Counted from the first letter of the stretch, positions 26,808-40,575 are shown. The stretch: 64,000 bases of DNA from an uncultured Helicobacteraceae bacterium (GCA_947588965.1 CANQAN010000007.1:25542-89541); one strand, 5' to 3'. A program made the numbers and translations. Notes: a model not told the origin generated them from the letters alone.

Positions 26808-27950
26808 TTATGAATTCTGTGATTCAGGATGACCACCCGGAATATCTCTCTCTAGCGATTCAAGTCTCTGTTGAGAGAGTTCATCCAAACAACCCACGAC
26901 ACCATCGCTTGCTGTTTCGGCCTTTTGGAAATATGTAAAAATATTTTCTAGGCAGTCTTTAATACTGCCGTTTTGCTTCATCACCTCACAACCTGCAATG
27001 ATGTTTTCATGGACATCTTTGTGGAATGGCTCTAACTTCGCATAGCTTGGCAACATAGAGAAGAATTGCTTTCCGCGACCTGAATCATACCATTTTCCTA
27101 AGCGACAATCATGATGCCCAACGAAACTTGCCTCCAAGTCTTCATTGAATATCGCACGATAACCATTTGTCTTAAACAACAAGTGATCAAGCTTCACAAG
27201 CCCAATAAATGTGGTTGTGAGAATCTTCTCTGTATTGAGATAGAGGACATCGGCGGATTGATTGATTTTTTCTAATGTTTCATTTTGTGCGCCTAAGACT
27301 TCCATTTCTTGAATGATTTCATCTGTGGAAGTTTGGACTTCAGAGAAGTTCTGCTTCACAACTTGGATATTCATTTCGATCTCTTTTGTTGCTTTTTGTG
27401 TGCGTTCGGCAAGTTTTCTTACTTCATCGGCGACAACAGCAAAGCCCCTTCCATGCTCTCCTGCGCGTGCTGCTTCAATGGCGGCATTGAGTGCGAGGAG
27501 GTTTGTCTGATCAGAAATATCTGTGATGAGCGCAATCACTCCTGAAATCGCATTGAAGTCGTTTTGGACTTGTGTGATCATGTTGTTAAATTCAGAGAGT
27601 CTTGCGCCGATGTTTGAGAGATTGTCTGTTAGGACTTGTTGTGTGTGAGAAGTGTTTGTGCGATTGTCATCGGCAATCTGTCTTGCGCTATTGAGGAGTT
27701 CGATGGACTTACCAAAGTCATCTTGTAGAATCTTTAGATTCGTCCCAGAGCCCTTCACAAGCGATAAAACCATGTTTTTGAAGGTTGTAATGGTACTCTC
27801 TTCGCCTGTTGTCTCTGTGGTTGTCTTCGCACTTTGAAGCTGTTCTTGTAAAGACTTATTCTCTGCTATAAGTCCTCGCAATTGCGCTCTTAAATGATCG
27901 TTTTCTTCTTTGACTTTTTCTAGCTCTGCCTTGTGATTGTTACCAAACAT
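26808..27950 (-). CDS. Soluble (TM-less) methyl-accepting chemotaxis protein with a C-terminal CZB zinc-binding domain (TlpD-like)
   Basis: MCP core [34 protein letters not shown]-terminal [10 protein letters not shown]....H motif of the chemoreceptor zinc-binding domain. No hydrophobic helices. AAGGAG RBS 6 nt before ATG 27950; the track start at 27980 is a TTG upstream. Confidence 0.88.
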   Translation of the reverse strand: MFGNNHKAELEKVKEENDHLRAQLRGLIAENKSLQEQLQSAKTTTETTGEESTITTFKNMVLSLVKGSGTNLKILQDDFGKSIELLNSARQIADDNRTNTSHTQQVLTDNLSNIGARLSEFNNMITQVQNDFNAISGVIALITDISDQTNLLALNAAIEAARAGEHGRGFAVVADEVRKLAERTQKATKEIEMNIQVVKQNFSEVQTSTDEIIQEMEVLGAQNETLEKINQSADVLYLNTEKILTTTFIGLVKLDHLLFKTNGYRAIFNEDLEASFVGHHDCRLGKWYDSGRGKQFFSMLPSYAKLEPFHKDVHENIIAGCEVMKQNGSIKDCLENIFTYFQKAETASDGVVGCLDELSQQRLESLERDIPGGHPESQNS

Positions 27951-28213
27951 GAATTCTCCTTGCTTGTATTTGAATCGCAAATACTAATAAAATGGAAATT
28001 ATAGAACTTATAACCTTAAATGCATATTGTAGCATTGTTTTTTGCCTACATTTTCGCAAAAGATATTCTTAATTGAAATTTATATGGAATTTTATTGTTT
28101 TTGTGTTAATTATTGTTTAAGTGTGTAAAAGAATTAACGAATTTTCAAAATTAACCTTTTTATTAATAAAAATTTTCTATCATTATGAAATTTTTATGAC
28201 TTTTGGAGTTTTT

Positions 28214-29557
28214 ATGCGCATCCCGACATTACAAGAGGCTTTGAAATTCAATAAAGAGGAGATTTGCGCCCTCAAAAATAACTTGAAAGAAAGCATTCAA
28301 AAAAGCGATTTGAATGCTTATGTGGGGGAATTGCAGGATTATTGTGCGGAATTTTTACCCATCGCCATTAAAGATAATTTAAATGTCAAAGGGTGGGAGA
28401 TTACTTGCGGAAGTAAGATTCTGCAGGGCTATATCGCTCCCTATAATGCAACAGCAATTGAGAATTTATTGTCTCATAAGCTTGCGCCATTTGGTCGCAC
28501 CAATATGGACGAATTTGCAATGGGCAGCACGACGGCGAGTAGTTGCTATGGCAAGACCTATAATCCTAAGGATAAAACCAAAGTTCCCGGAGGTAGCAGT
28601 GGCGGAAGTGCTGCGGCTGTCGCAGGTGGAATCGCAATTGCCGCGCTTGGAAGCGATACGGGAGGCAGTATCAGGCAGCCTGCAAGTTTCTGTGGCTGTG
28701 TCGGGCTGAAGCCAACTTATGGGAGAGTGAGCCGCTATGGGCTTGTGGCTTATAGCTCAAGTCTCGATCAAATCGGACCCATCACACAGAATGTGACAGA
28801 TTGTGCGCTTCTATTTGATGCGATTGCGGGGTATGACAAAAGGGATTCTACAAGCGCAAACTTGAGTGCGCCAAATACTTTTGAGCATTTGAATCCTAAG
28901 CGTAAAATGAAGATTGCAATTCTACCCGATCTTTTAAAAGACGCGAGTGGGAGTGTGCAAAATGCCTATCAAAAGAGCATAGAAACCCTCAGTCGCAATG
29001 GACACACGATTTTAGAGAAGCAAATGCTAGAGACACGTTATATGATTTCTGCCTATTATGTGATTTGCACAGCGGAGGCGAGTTCAAACCTTGCGCGCTT
29101 TGATGGTGTGCGCTATGGGAATCGTGCTAAAGATTTGAAAAATCTCAGAGAATTGTATCTCAAAACGCGATCAGAGGGATTTGGTGATGAGGTCAAGCGC
29201 AGAATCCTCTTAGGGACTTTCGTGCTAAGCAGTGGATATTATGATGCCTATTATATTAAAGCACAAAAGGTGCGCACACTCATAGCACAACAATACAATG
29301 CGATTTTGGAGGATTGCGATGCGATTCTCTCTCCTGTCGCGCCGAGTGTTGCCTTTGGCTTTGATACTTGTAAAACCCCCTTGCAAATGTATTTAGAGGA
29401 TATTTACACCATTGGCGTGAATCTCGCAGGACTTCCTGCGCTGTCTTTGCCCGTTGATAAAGAGGGGGATTTGCCTATTGGAATGCAGTTGATTGGCAAA
29501 CCCTTTGGAGAGCAGGAGTTATTGGATTTGGCATTAAATTTAGAGCAAACATTATAA
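28214..29557 (+). CDS. gatA: Glutamyl-tRNA(Gln) amidotransferase subunit A
   Basis: Amidase signature [12 protein letters not shown] and [12 protein letters not shown]. The family N-terminus begins at [10 protein letters not shown] (GGAG RBS at 28205-28208). The first 31 track codons are an upstream artefact. Confidence 0.93.
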   Translation: MRIPTLQEALKFNKEEICALKNNLKESIQKSDLNAYVGELQDYCAEFLPIAIKDNLNVKGWEITCGSKILQGYIAPYNATAIENLLSHKLAPFGRTNMDEFAMGSTTASSCYGKTYNPKDKTKVPGGSSGGSAAAVAGGIAIAALGSDTGGSIRQPASFCGCVGLKPTYGRVSRYGLVAYSSSLDQIGPITQNVTDCALLFDAIAGYDKRDSTSANLSAPNTFEHLNPKRKMKIAILPDLLKDASGSVQNAYQKSIETLSRNGHTILEKQMLETRYMISAYYVICTAEASSNLARFDGVRYGNRAKDLKNLRELYLKTRSEGFGDEVKRRILLGTFVLSSGYYDAYYIKAQKVRTLIAQQYNAILEDCDAILSPVAPSVAFGFDTCKTPLQMYLEDIYTIGVNLAGLPALSLPVDKEGDLPIGMQLIGKPFGEQELLDLALNLEQTL

Positions 29558-31018
<1,461 letters not shown>

Positions 31019-31028
31019 GAAGCTAGAA

Positions 31029-31361
31029 ATGCCACATCTATTATTTTCATACAGCCTCTATCATGCAAATACAAGTGATTATGAGGGGATTTTGACACGA
31101 CTGCGATTGAGATTCAAATCCAATCAACCCGATGTTTTTCTCAATAATCCAGAATATTTACTCTTTAAGCCCACAGAACAAGATTGGCAAAAGGAAATTT
31201 TCGCGCTCATTAAGGATTTAAAGGAATTTATTAATGCAGAGATTCAAACCTTGCGTACAAATGGAAGCCATGCGCATGTGGTTTATCGCTTTGGAATCTT
31301 AGAAATGGAGAGTGCGCTCTTTCAATTTCCGCCTGATTTGGAGGATGACGATGATGAATAG
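31029..31361 (+). CDS. Hypothetical small protein with an acidic tail
   Basis: 110 aa, ending in DLEDDDDE. Tightly follows guaB. No recognisable motif. Confidence 0.4.
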   Translation: MPHLLFSYSLYHANTSDYEGILTRLRLRFKSNQPDVFLNNPEYLLFKPTEQDWQKEIFALIKDLKEFINAEIQTLRTNGSHAHVVYRFGILEMESALFQFPPDLEDDDDE

Positions 31362-31498
31362 GAATGAAGGTCGGGTGATATGCATATTCTTTTTTGAATC
31401 TTAATTATAAAAATTAAAAGATTTTATTTATTTTTAAATAATTTCTAAAAGATTCTTAAACAAAAAAGGAATACACTTTCAAAAATTTAAAATAAGGA

Positions 31499-32941
31499 AT
31501 GAGTATGCAAAGACCAGCAGTAGATACAAAGGCAGTTGCGGAGTTTTTTAAGTTTTGTGCTGAGCAAGAGGTGGAATTTGTAGATTTTCGTTTCACGGAC
31601 ATTAAGGGCGTTTGGCATCACTTGAGTTTTTCTATCAGTGCGGTGAGTGAGGAGAGTTTTGGTGGGATTCCCTTTGATGGCAGCTCTCTTCCTGCGTGGC
31701 AGCCTGTGAATCAATCAGACATGATTCTTATCCCCGATCCTGTGCGCTATTTTATCGATCCCTTCACTGCAGATACGACGGTTGTTGTGTTTTGTGATAT
31801 TTGGGATATTTATAAAGATGAGCCCTATGAGAAATGTCCGCGCTCTATTATTAAACGTGCAATGAAATATTTGCAAGAGAGTGGAATCGGGGATGTGGCG
31901 TATTATGGACCAGAGAATGAGTTTTTTGTATTTGATTCCATTAAAATTAAAGATTCTGTGAATTGTCAATACTATGAGATAGACTCTGAAGAGGGCGAAT
32001 GGAATCGCTCAAAGGAATTTGAGGGTGTCAATATTGGACACAGACCCGGCACAAAGGGGGGGTATTTCCCCGTTCCGCCTGTGGATTCTATGGTGGATCT
32101 ACGTGCTGAAATGGTGAAAGTCCTCAATCAAGTAGGACTGGAGACATTTGTTGTCCATCATGAAGTGGCACAAGGGCAGGGCGAGATAGGTGTGAAGTTT
32201 GGTGATATGCTAGAGGCTGCAGACAATGTACAAAAGCTCAAATATGTCGTGAAAATGGTTGCACATCTCAATGGTAAGACAGCAACTTTTATGCCAAAAC
32301 CGCTCTATGGCGACAATGGAAGCGGAATGCATGTGCATATTAGCATTTGGAAAGGGGGTAAGAATCTCTTCGCAGGGGATGCGTATGAGGGCTTAAGTCA
32401 GACTGCATTGTATTTCTTGGGGGGCGTTTTAAAACATGCGCGAGCCTTAGCGGCTTTCACAAATCCGAGTACAAATTCTTATAAACGCTTGATTCCGGGC
32501 TTTGAAGCACCGAGTATTTTGACTTATTCTGCGCAAAATCGCTCTGCAAGCATTAGAATCCCTTATAATAGTGGAGAAAAGGCAAAGCGCATGGAATTCC
32601 GCTTCCCCGATAGCTCTAGCAATCCCTATTTAGCGTTTTCTGCATTGCTTATGGCGGGTCTTGATGGGATTACTAATAGCATAGATCCCGGAAAGCCTAT
32701 GGAGATGAATCTCTTTGAACTTACGCTTGATGAGATACGAGAAAAGGGCATCAAACAGCTTCCGCACACTCTGCGCCACGCGATTGAAGAAATGCTCTTA
32801 GATAAGGCATACCTAAAAGAGGGCGCCGTGTTTAGCGAGGAATTCATTCAAACTTACAAACAATACAAATTTGAAACAGAAATTTGGCCTTGGGAGGGAC
32901 GCCCACATCCCTTTGAGTTTATCACAACTTATAGCTGCTAA
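31499..32941 (+). CDS. glnA: Glutamine synthetase, type I
   Basis: 480 aa. Near-collinear with Helicobacter GlnA as I recall it ([31 protein letters not shown]-terminal FEFITTYSC). RBS spacing suggests the second Met (31505) may be the real start. Confidence 0.96.
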   Translation: MSMQRPAVDTKAVAEFFKFCAEQEVEFVDFRFTDIKGVWHHLSFSISAVSEESFGGIPFDGSSLPAWQPVNQSDMILIPDPVRYFIDPFTADTTVVVFCDIWDIYKDEPYEKCPRSIIKRAMKYLQESGIGDVAYYGPENEFFVFDSIKIKDSVNCQYYEIDSEEGEWNRSKEFEGVNIGHRPGTKGGYFPVPPVDSMVDLRAEMVKVLNQVGLETFVVHHEVAQGQGEIGVKFGDMLEAADNVQKLKYVVKMVAHLNGKTATFMPKPLYGDNGSGMHVHISIWKGGKNLFAGDAYEGLSQTALYFLGGVLKHARALAAFTNPSTNSYKRLIPGFEAPSILTYSAQNRSASIRIPYNSGEKAKRMEFRFPDSSSNPYLAFSALLMAGLDGITNSIDPGKPMEMNLFELTLDEIREKGIKQLPHTLRHAIEEMLLDKAYLKEGAVFSEEFIQTYKQYKFETEIWPWEGRPHPFEFITTYSC

Positions 32942-32947
32942 TTTACG

Positions 32948-32983
32948 AGGATTCTATGCTTCTGTGAAGGGGCTTAGAATCCT
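32948..32983 (+). terminator. Hairpin downstream of glnA (candidate terminator or processing structure)
   Basis: AGGATTCTA (32948-32956) is the perfect reverse complement of TAGAATCCT (32975-32983). There is an inner CTTC/GAAG pairing. No clear U-tract follows, so intrinsic-terminator status is uncertain. Confidence 0.35.
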
Positions 32984-33101
32984 TACTCTCAAATCTTGGA
33001 CTTTTGATTCCTTAGGGAATTACATTTTTTCACACTTAAACATTTAATTAGCAAAAGATTGTTAAAATCCGCGCAATGATTTTTATTTTAAGGGTTTTGT
33101 T

Positions 33102-33440
33102 ATGAATGCTGGTAATGTTTTAGCGCAATTTTTGCCTTTGGTCGTATTTGTATTGATTTTTTATTTTTTGTTTATACGACCACAGCAAACACGTGCCAAG
33201 CGCCATAAAGAAATGATTGAAAGCTTACAGAAGGGAGATAAAATTGTTACAAGTGGCGGTTTTATCGTAGAAATCGTCAGTAGTGAAGAGGAATTTTTGC
33301 GCGTACGCCTCAATGATGAGACGATTGCACGGCTATCCAAAGAATATGTTGCAAGAAAAATGGATGAAGAACAAGCCACATCGGGAAAGACAGAGAGACA
33401 AAACGAATCTGGAAATGTCGCAAAAAACAGCAAAAAATGA
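33102..33440 (+). CDS. yajC: Preprotein translocase subunit YajC
   Basis: 112 aa. Single TM helix, then RPQQTRAKRHKEMIESLQKGDKIVTSGGFIVEI. Lies upstream of secD-secF. Confidence 0.9.
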   Translation: MNAGNVLAQFLPLVVFVLIFYFLFIRPQQTRAKRHKEMIESLQKGDKIVTSGGFIVEIVSSEEEFLRVRLNDETIARLSKEYVARKMDEEQATSGKTERQNESGNVAKNSKK

Positions 33441-33450
33441 GCAATAAATA

Positions 33451-35031
33451 ATGAAAAAAACTTTTAACGCAAAATTACTTTTTTTCATCCTTGCTACATT
33501 GTTTGGGCTCATACTCTCTGCGCCGTCCATTTTTCAGTTGCAAGGACCAAAGATTGTCTTGGGCTTGGATTTGCAAGGAGGGTTGAATTTGCTTTTGGGT
33601 GTCAAGGTTGAAGAGGCGATAAAGTCGCGTTATGCCTCTTTAGCTACGCAAATCAACTATTATGCGCTTGATGAACAGATTCTGCTTGATGGATTGAGCG
33701 CACAAGATGACCATGTGAGTTTTGAGCTTTTGGATGCTAATGAAAAGACAAAGATTGATGATTATCTCAATGCTATTGCTGGATTGGTGGTGAATTCTGA
33801 TAATTTGCGCTATACGCTTTCTTTCACAGAGACAGAAATTGTCAATCTCAAGAATTTTGCAATAGAGCAAGGAATCGGAAATATTAGGAATCGCTTAGAT
33901 CAGTTTGGACTCTCCGAACCAAGCGTAACAAAGCAGGGCGATGAGGCGATTTTGGTGCAATTACCCGGAATCAAAACGCAAGAAGAAGAGCAACGTGCGC
34001 TGGATTTGATTTCTAAGGGTGGGCATTTACAGATGATGGCCGTTGATGAATCGCGCAATGCGCGGGTTTCTTCTATGACAGAATTAGAAGCACAATCCTA
34101 TGGAGACGTGATTTTGCCCTTTGTCAATAATGCAGAACAAAAGATCTTGCTTAAGGCGATTCCTATTTTGGATGGTGCGATGCTCACAGATGCAAGAGCA
34201 GCCTATGATCAAAACGGACAGCCCGTGATTAACTTCACGCTCAACACGCAAGGGGCAAAGATTTTTGGAGATTTTTCGGGCAAAAATGTGGGGAATCGCA
34301 TGGCGATCGTGCTTGATCAAAAGGTCTATTCCGCGCCTGTGATTCGCGAGAGAATCGGCGGTGGAAGTGGTCAAATTAGCGGTGGATTCAGCGTTCAAGA
34401 AGCAGGCGATATTGCAATTGCGCTAAGGAGTGGGGCGTTGCCTGCACCGATTGTTTTGTTGGAAAAAAGAAGTGTAGGTCCCTCTCTTGGTGCTGATAGC
34501 ATTAAGGCTTCAATCATTGCGCTCATTACAGGTGCTGTGCTTGTCGTTATTTTTATGGTTTTTTACTATGGGATTGCGGGTTTGATTGCAGATATTGCAA
34601 TGGTTGTGAATATCTTGCTTGTCATTGCGGTGATGGCACTCTTTGGGGCAACTTTAACTCTGCCCGGTATGGCGGGAATCATTTTGACTGTGGGCATGGC
34701 AGTGGATGCTAATGTGATTATTAATGAAAGAATTAGAGAGGGCTTTCGTGCGAAAGAAAATTTCATTAAATCTATGGAAAATGGCTATGCGAACGCTTCA
34801 AGAGCGATTTTTGATTCTAATTTGACTTCTTTAATTGCTGCAGTCCTGCTCTATATGTGTGGGACGGGGGCGATTAAGGGATTTGCGATTACAATGAGTA
34901 TTGGGATTTTGGCTTCTATTATCACGGGAATCATTGGAACGCATGGTGTGTTTAGATTATTGCAGCAAAGAATCATAAAGTCTGGTAATTATGCCTTGTG
35001 GTTTGGTTATAAAGAAAAAAAAGAGAGATAA
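33451..35031 (+). CDS. secD: Protein translocase subunit SecD
   Basis: 526 aa. Large periplasmic loop, then C-terminal six-TM block with [22 protein letters not shown]. Confidence 0.94.
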   Translation: MKKTFNAKLLFFILATLFGLILSAPSIFQLQGPKIVLGLDLQGGLNLLLGVKVEEAIKSRYASLATQINYYALDEQILLDGLSAQDDHVSFELLDANEKTKIDDYLNAIAGLVVNSDNLRYTLSFTETEIVNLKNFAIEQGIGNIRNRLDQFGLSEPSVTKQGDEAILVQLPGIKTQEEEQRALDLISKGGHLQMMAVDESRNARVSSMTELEAQSYGDVILPFVNNAEQKILLKAIPILDGAMLTDARAAYDQNGQPVINFTLNTQGAKIFGDFSGKNVGNRMAIVLDQKVYSAPVIRERIGGGSGQISGGFSVQEAGDIAIALRSGALPAPIVLLEKRSVGPSLGADSIKASIIALITGAVLVVIFMVFYYGIAGLIADIAMVVNILLVIAVMALFGATLTLPGMAGIILTVGMAVDANVIINERIREGFRAKENFIKSMENGYANASRAIFDSNLTSLIAAVLLYMCGTGAIKGFAITMSIGILASIITGIIGTHGVFRLLQQRIIKSGNYALWFGYKEKKER

Positions 35032-35032
35032 C

Positions 35033-36004
35033 ATGGATTTTTTCAAACACAATAAAGTTTATGATTTTGTCAAAATGTCAAGTTATGGTATTCTCGTTTC
35101 TTTGGTTTTATTTGTGGGATCTTTGGTTTTGTTTGTTAAGCCCGGATTCAATCTTGGTGTGGATTTTGCAGGGGGGACAATCGTGCAGGTTCAATATGAA
35201 AAGGCTGCGCCCCTCTCTGAAATTCGCAAAACGCTTGAGGCAGTAGAATCCTACAATGGTGTGCAAGTGAGTGAGTTTGGCTCACCAGAAGAGATTCTCA
35301 TTAAGCTCCCAACGGCGACTTCTAATGTCAATCAAGACATTGGGCAAGAGGTTGCAAAGGAATTGGCAAAAACAGGCAATTTAAGTGTGCGACGCGTGGA
35401 TATTGTGGGTCCAAAGGTGGGGAGTGAATTAAAAGAAAAGGGAAGCTTGGCTCTGCTCCTAGCCCTTGTGAGTATCATGCTCTATGTATCCTACCGCTAT
35501 GAGTGGCGCTTCGCTCTTGCGGCAATTCTTGCCTTAGTGCATGATGTTGTGATTTCAACGGGGGCTGTCATTTTGTTTAAGATTGATTTGAACTTAGAGG
35601 TTATTGCGGCGCTTTTAACTTTGATTGGCTATTCCATTAATGACACGATCATTATTTTTGACAGAATCCGTGAGACAATAGGAGAGAGACTGAATTACAC
35701 ATTAGAAGAGGTTGTCAATGAGGCACTTTCTGCCACGCTTTCAAGGACGATATTGACTTCTCTGACGGTTTTCTTCTCTGTCTTTACGCTCTATGCCTTT
35801 GGGGGAGAGATTATTAAGGGCTTTAGTCTGCCGATGTTGGTTGGCTCCATCGTTGGGAGTTACAGCTCTATTTTTGTGGCAAGCAAACTTGTGATTTTAT
35901 TTAAATTTGATTTAAAAAAATATCATCAAAAGGTTGCAGAATCTGAACGTAGGGCATTAGAAAGGAAGAAAATGAGACAAATGTATGAAAGAGGGAGAGT
36001 GTAA
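35033..36004 (+). CDS. secF: Protein translocase subunit SecF
   Basis: Family N-terminus MDFFKHNKVYDFVK begins at ATG 35033, directly after the secD stop. Motif GYSINDTIIIFDRIRE. Confidence 0.93.
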   Translation: MDFFKHNKVYDFVKMSSYGILVSLVLFVGSLVLFVKPGFNLGVDFAGGTIVQVQYEKAAPLSEIRKTLEAVESYNGVQVSEFGSPEEILIKLPTATSNVNQDIGQEVAKELAKTGNLSVRRVDIVGPKVGSELKEKGSLALLLALVSIMLYVSYRYEWRFALAAILALVHDVVISTGAVILFKIDLNLEVIAALLTLIGYSINDTIIIFDRIRETIGERLNYTLEEVVNEALSATLSRTILTSLTVFFSVFTLYAFGGEIIKGFSLPMLVGSIVGSYSSIFVASKLVILFKFDLKKYHQKVAESERRALERKKMRQMYERGRV

Positions 36005-36345
36005 TGGACTGGGGAAAGGTGATTTTTGTTTTTTTTATTTTAATGAGTTTGACCTCAACAGTTGGGTTTTTGTATGAGCAAAATTTGATTATGCTCTTTA
36101 TTGCCGGTGGTGTGAATATCCTCTCAACCATTTTAAAAGTTGGCGTGAGGAGCTTTATGGCTGCTGAACTCATGGCGGCTTCGTTGGTTGCGGATTTGCA
36201 TTTGATTCCAGCTTTTATTTATATGCAAGTTTTTGATGACATTAATATCGCAATCACTTTGGCACTTGGGGCATTGGTTGCAAACATCGTATCAATCGTA
36301 TTTGTTTGTCTTGAGAGCATTAAGAGCTACAATAATTATAATTAG
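36004..36345 (+). CDS. Small integral membrane protein between secF and leuS
   Basis: 113 aa with ~4 hydrophobic helices. TAATG junction with secF. H. pylori has a hypothetical membrane-protein gene at the same position, as I recall. Confidence 0.6.
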   Translation: MDWGKVIFVFFILMSLTSTVGFLYEQNLIMLFIAGGVNILSTILKVGVRSFMAAELMAASLVADLHLIPAFIYMQVFDDINIAITLALGALVANIVSIVFVCLESIKSYNNYN

Positions 36346-36353
36346 GGAAAGCA

Positions 36354-38813
36354 ATGGAATACAATCCTAAAGCATTAGAGAAAAAGTGGCAGGATTTTTG
36401 GGAAGAAAATGGACTCTATGAGCCTAAAGAAGACAAGAGTCTGCCTAAAAAATATATCCTTAGCATGTTTCCTTATCCGAGTGGAAATATCCATATGGGG
36501 CATGTGAGGAATTATTGCATTAGCGATGCCATTGCGAGAAATTTTCGCAAAAAGGGCTTTAATGTGTTGCATCCTATTGGCTGGGATGCCTTTGGGATGC
36601 CTGCAGAAAATGCGGCCATTAAGCGTAAGATTCATCCAAAGAGCTGGACATATTCTAATATTGAAAACATGAAACAGCAACTCTATAGTTTGGGCTTTTC
36701 TTTTTCAAAAACGCGCGAATTAGCAACTTGCGATGAAAACTATTCCAAATGGGAACAGATGTTTTTCCTCTCCATGTGGGAGAAGGGGTTGATTTATCGC
36801 AAAAAGGGCTTTTTGAATTGGTGTCCGCATGACAAAACGGTGCTTGCAAACGAACAAGTCATTGAGGGAAAATGTTGGCGCTGTGATACGCCTGTCGTGC
36901 AGAAAGAAATGTATCAGTACTACATTAAAATCACAGATTATGCACAAGAATTGCTCGATGATTTGGAATCACTGGAGGGAAAGTGGCCAAATCAAGTTTT
37001 AGTGATGCAAAGAAATTGGATTGGAAAGTCGGAGGGGTTAAAGTTTGCCTTTGTATTAGAGAATCCTGTTGTTTCTGGAGAGGAGAGCATAGGACAATTG
37101 GAGGTTTTTACCACGCGTCCTGATACGATTTTTGGTGTGAGTTATTGCGCATTAGCTCCTGAGCATCCGCTGGTTAAGGCAATTTTAGAAAATGCAGAAT
37201 CCTATAAAATCACGCAAGAGCAAAAAGAACAAATTCTTGCTATGCAAAACACGAGCGAGAGAGAACGCGCACAGCAGGAAAAAATAGGAATTCCTCTTGG
37301 AATCAATGCAAGGCATCCTCTAAGTGGTGAGTTGATTCCACTATGGGTGGCAAACTTCGTTTTAATGGGCTATGGAAGCGGGGCGGTTATGAGTGTTCCT
37401 GCGCATGATGAGCGCGATCATTCTTTTGCCAAAAAATACCATTTACCCATTATTCCCGTGATAAGACCAAAAGATTCTAGCGTGGATGGAGATTTTTATG
37501 CAGAAGATGGAATCTTAATAAATTCGGGAAAATATAATGGAATGGAGAGCAAAGAAGCACGTTCTAAAATCATTGCCGATTTTGAAAAAAGTGGAATCGG
37601 TGAGGCTGTGGTTAATTATAAGTTGCGCGATTGGGGGATTTCAAGGCAACGTTATTGGGGTACGCCGATTCCTTTAGTGCATTGTGAGGCTTGTGGAATT
37701 GTCGCGGAATCCTTAGAAAATCTACCGATAAAATTACCCGAAGATGTTGTAATTTCTGGAGAGGGGAATCCTTTAGATAAGCATTTGTATTGGAAGCATT
37801 GTAGATGTCCAAAGTGCGGGAAAAATGCCATAAGAGAGACGGATACGCTTGATACTTTTGTAGAATCTAGTTGGTACTTTTTGCGCTATACAACACCACA
37901 GAATCTGCGCGAAAAGCAAGCCATTAGCAGTGCGGATGCGCATTATTGGATGGATGTTGATGAGTATATTGGAGGGATTGAACATGCGATTTTGCATTTG
38001 CTCTATGCGCGATTTTTTACAAAAGTCTTGCGCTCTCTAGGCTATACGGATTCTAAAGAGCCCTTTGCGCACCTTCTCACGCAGGGAATGGTCATAAAGG
38101 ATGGCGCAAAAATGAGCAAATCTAAGGGGAATGTCGTTGATCCAAATGAGATCATAGCGCAGTATGGTGCAGATACGGCGCGCTTGTTTATTCTTTTTGC
38201 CGCACCTCCTGTGCGTGAGTTGGAATGGAATGATTCTGCCCTAGAGGGTTCTTATCGCTTCATCAAGCGTCTGTGCGCGAAGATCGAAAAAGCGCACAAG
38301 ATTCAAACATTACCACAAATCAACCCCCAAAGCCTCAATGAAAAAGAAAAATTAGCGCGGAAAAAAATCTATGAAGCATTGAAAAAGTCACAAGAGATTT
38401 TCTGTCATAGTAATGGATATACTTTTAACACACTCATTGCTGCTTGTATGGAAGCCCTCAATGCGCTAAGTGAGCAAGATAATGGTGCTGTTTGGACAGA
38501 GGGGTATTTCATACTCTTAAACATTCTAGAGCCAATTATACCGCATATTTGTTGGGAACTTAGTGCGCAATATTTTAATTTGAAGAATCTTAGGGAAATT
38601 GAAATTGACCAAAAGGCCTTAGAAGAGGATTCTATCACAATGGCAATTACGGTCAATGGAAAGAGGCGCGGAGAGATTAAGGTTGCGTTGCATTTGAGCA
38701 AACAAGAAATCCTAGAAATCTCAAAACAAGAGATTGCAAAATGGATAGAGGGCAAAGAGGTTATTAAGGAAATCGTTGTCCCTCACAAATTGATTAATTT
38801 TGTGGTGAAGTGA
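36354..38813 (+). CDS. leuS: Leucine--tRNA ligase
   Basis: 819 aa. HIGH-type motif [13 protein letters not shown] and KMSKS motif KMSKSKGN. Confidence 0.97.
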   Translation: MEYNPKALEKKWQDFWEENGLYEPKEDKSLPKKYILSMFPYPSGNIHMGHVRNYCISDAIARNFRKKGFNVLHPIGWDAFGMPAENAAIKRKIHPKSWTYSNIENMKQQLYSLGFSFSKTRELATCDENYSKWEQMFFLSMWEKGLIYRKKGFLNWCPHDKTVLANEQVIEGKCWRCDTPVVQKEMYQYYIKITDYAQELLDDLESLEGKWPNQVLVMQRNWIGKSEGLKFAFVLENPVVSGEESIGQLEVFTTRPDTIFGVSYCALAPEHPLVKAILENAESYKITQEQKEQILAMQNTSERERAQQEKIGIPLGINARHPLSGELIPLWVANFVLMGYGSGAVMSVPAHDERDHSFAKKYHLPIIPVIRPKDSSVDGDFYAEDGILINSGKYNGMESKEARSKIIADFEKSGIGEAVVNYKLRDWGISRQRYWGTPIPLVHCEACGIVAESLENLPIKLPEDVVISGEGNPLDKHLYWKHCRCPKCGKNAIRETDTLDTFVESSWYFLRYTTPQNLREKQAISSADAHYWMDVDEYIGGIEHAILHLLYARFFTKVLRSLGYTDSKEPFAHLLTQGMVIKDGAKMSKSKGNVVDPNEIIAQYGADTARLFILFAAPPVRELEWNDSALEGSYRFIKRLCAKIEKAHKIQTLPQINPQSLNEKEKLARKKIYEALKKSQEIFCHSNGYTFNTLIAACMEALNALSEQDNGAVWTEGYFILLNILEPIIPHICWELSAQYFNLKNLREIEIDQKALEEDSITMAITVNGKRRGEIKVALHLSKQEILEISKQEIAKWIEGKEVIKEIVVPHKLINFVVK

Positions 38814-39322
38814 TGCGCGGGGTTCTGCTTGGACTTTTTTTGATTTTTGGCTCAATGGGGCTTGTCTCTTGTGGATATAAGCCCTTATCCTATGGAATGC
38901 ATGAAGAATTAGGGGATAAGATCTTTGTGGAGGTTAAGATTGATCCGCGCGATCCGCAAAATAGCGTAACCTTAAAAGACGAAATCTCAAAAAGCATTTT
39001 TAAACGACTGCAGTCCAATATCGTTGATAAAGACGAAGCGACTTCAATCATTGAAGTACAGCTCCATCACGTATTCTTTGCTGCTTTGGCAGAAAATCGC
39101 ACGGGTTTTGCGACTTCATATCGTTGCGAAGTGAATGTAGAATTCCGCTATAAGAGTTTTTCTGATCAGAAAATGCACATTTTTCACAAGAAGGGATTCT
39201 ATAATTTTTCTCTCAATGAGACCTCTATCATTACAGATTCTACGCGTTTAGAGGCGATTAATTATGCAGTATTAAATGCGCTAGATGGATTCATCTCACA
39301 AATTGGGATTAACATTCATTGA
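38810..39322 (+). CDS. lptE: LptE-like LPS-assembly lipoprotein
   Basis: 170 aa. Lipobox GLVSCGYKP. Sits at the conserved position immediately downstream of leuS, with a 4-nt overlap. Confidence 0.65.
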   Translation: MMRGVLLGLFLIFGSMGLVSCGYKPLSYGMHEELGDKIFVEVKIDPRDPQNSVTLKDEISKSIFKRLQSNIVDKDEATSIIEVQLHHVFFAALAENRTGFATSYRCEVNVEFRYKSFSDQKMHIFHKKGFYNFSLNETSIITDSTRLEAINYAVLNALDGFISQIGINIH

Positions 39323-40575
39323 TGCAAAATTCAAAGACGATCGCAAGGGAAGCCTTAAAGGAACTGCTTAAAGATGGTAGAGAGCCTACGCCCGAAGTCT
39401 ATGCGGAAGTTTATTACACACAGGCTAAAAAAATGGGTGTCTCTGTGGAAGCAGATTTGAGTGTGGATAAAGTCTTAGAAATGCTTGATAAAGAGGCAAG
39501 GGAGGCAATGTTTAACAAGCCTTTTAAGAATAAAAATGAATTGCTCATCGCACTTATAAAAGCCATTAATGCGCTGTTTTTTTCTAAAAAAAACTTTGGC
39601 ACTTCTTTAGATATTCTTAAGCTGCTCTTGCGCATCCTTGCAACATATCCGCAAAAAGATATAAACTCTCTAGCAAGGGGGCAATTGATTGAAATAGACA
39701 AGCTCAATGCGCAGATTATGCAAATATGGCGTGAACATTGGAACAATAAGGTTAAGCAAAACCTAGAATTAGACATTGTAGATTGTTTGAGAGGGATTGA
39801 GATTCTCAGTCAATTTGAGATTCCTAATGCAAAATTTCAAGAATGGCAAAGCAAAGCACGACAAGTCCTTAAGGGAAAGGACAATAAAGGAGAGCAGATT
39901 CAACTTTTTACTGCGCTTGGTGCGGTGATTGCAGAAATTTCTCAACAGGCGCAAAGCACACAAAACACACAAGATAAACAAACAAAAGAAACGCAAAGCA
40001 CGGTCGATGCACAACAAGAATCTCTCAATCCACAGATTCCACCGCAAACACCAAAAAAAGCTGTTTTGCAATACAAAGAACTATCTGCATTACCCATTGA
40101 TGCGACAACGACACTTATGGGTAAAGAGGGAATGCGAGAGGTTTTGAACTTCGCAGAGGATAATTTTATAAGAGAGGGAAAAAATTACTCCGTCATTGTA
40201 TTTGGAATTTGCGCATATGATAAGCTCAAAGAACGTTTTGGAATTGATGCAGCAAAGAAAGTCTTAATCACGCTTGGACGCCTCTTAAAGCAGCACAGCA
40301 ATGCGAGTGATTTAATTGCCTATTATGGCGAAGAGGAGTTTTTGGCTTGTTTGTTGGAGCGCGAAAAAGAAGAGGCGATTCAATTCATAAGACAGCTTGA
40401 TAAAATAGTCAGCAACAGCAAATTCATGTTTCAGCAAATGCGCATAGAAATTTCTTTGAGTGCGCAAGTTTCCCATCGCGTAGAAGAGAAAGATTTAGAA
40501 TCCATGTTGAAAATGAGCTTAGAAGAGTTTAAAAAACACAGAGATTCGCAGGGAATTATCCGTTATGAAGAATAG
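39322..40575 (+). CDS. Protein with a degenerate GGDEF domain (GEEEF) and an N-terminal domain of unknown function
   Basis: Residues ~260-418 are collinear with GGDEF domains. The signature reads YYGEEEF (G337-F341, nt 40327-40341). The DxDxFK metal site reads GICAYDKL, and there is no RxxD I-site. A Q/T-rich low-complexity linker sits at ~208-247. TGATG junction with lptE. Confidence 0.7.
   Translation: MQNSKTIAREALKELLKDGREPTPEVYAEVYYTQAKKMGVSVEADLSVDKVLEMLDKEAREAMFNKPFKNKNELLIALIKAINALFFSKKNFGTSLDILKLLLRILATYPQKDINSLARGQLIEIDKLNAQIMQIWREHWNNKVKQNLELDIVDCLRGIEILSQFEIPNAKFQEWQSKARQVLKGKDNKGEQIQLFTALGAVIAEISQQAQSTQNTQDKQTKETQSTVDAQQESLNPQIPPQTPKKAVLQYKELSALPIDATTTLMGKEGMREVLNFAEDNFIREGKNYSVIVFGICAYDKLKERFGIDAAKKVLITLGRLLKQHSNASDLIAYYGEEEFLACLLEREKEEAIQFIRQLDKIVSNSKFMFQQMRIEISLSAQVSHRVEEKDLESMLKMSLEEFKKHRDSQGIIRYEE

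Noticed and set aside
28383-28709. 108-aa same-strand alternative-frame ORF inside gatA
   Set aside because: It is embedded in the amidase-signature region of gatA. Its Ala/Arg-rich translation is typical of an off-frame read of a GC-richer segment.
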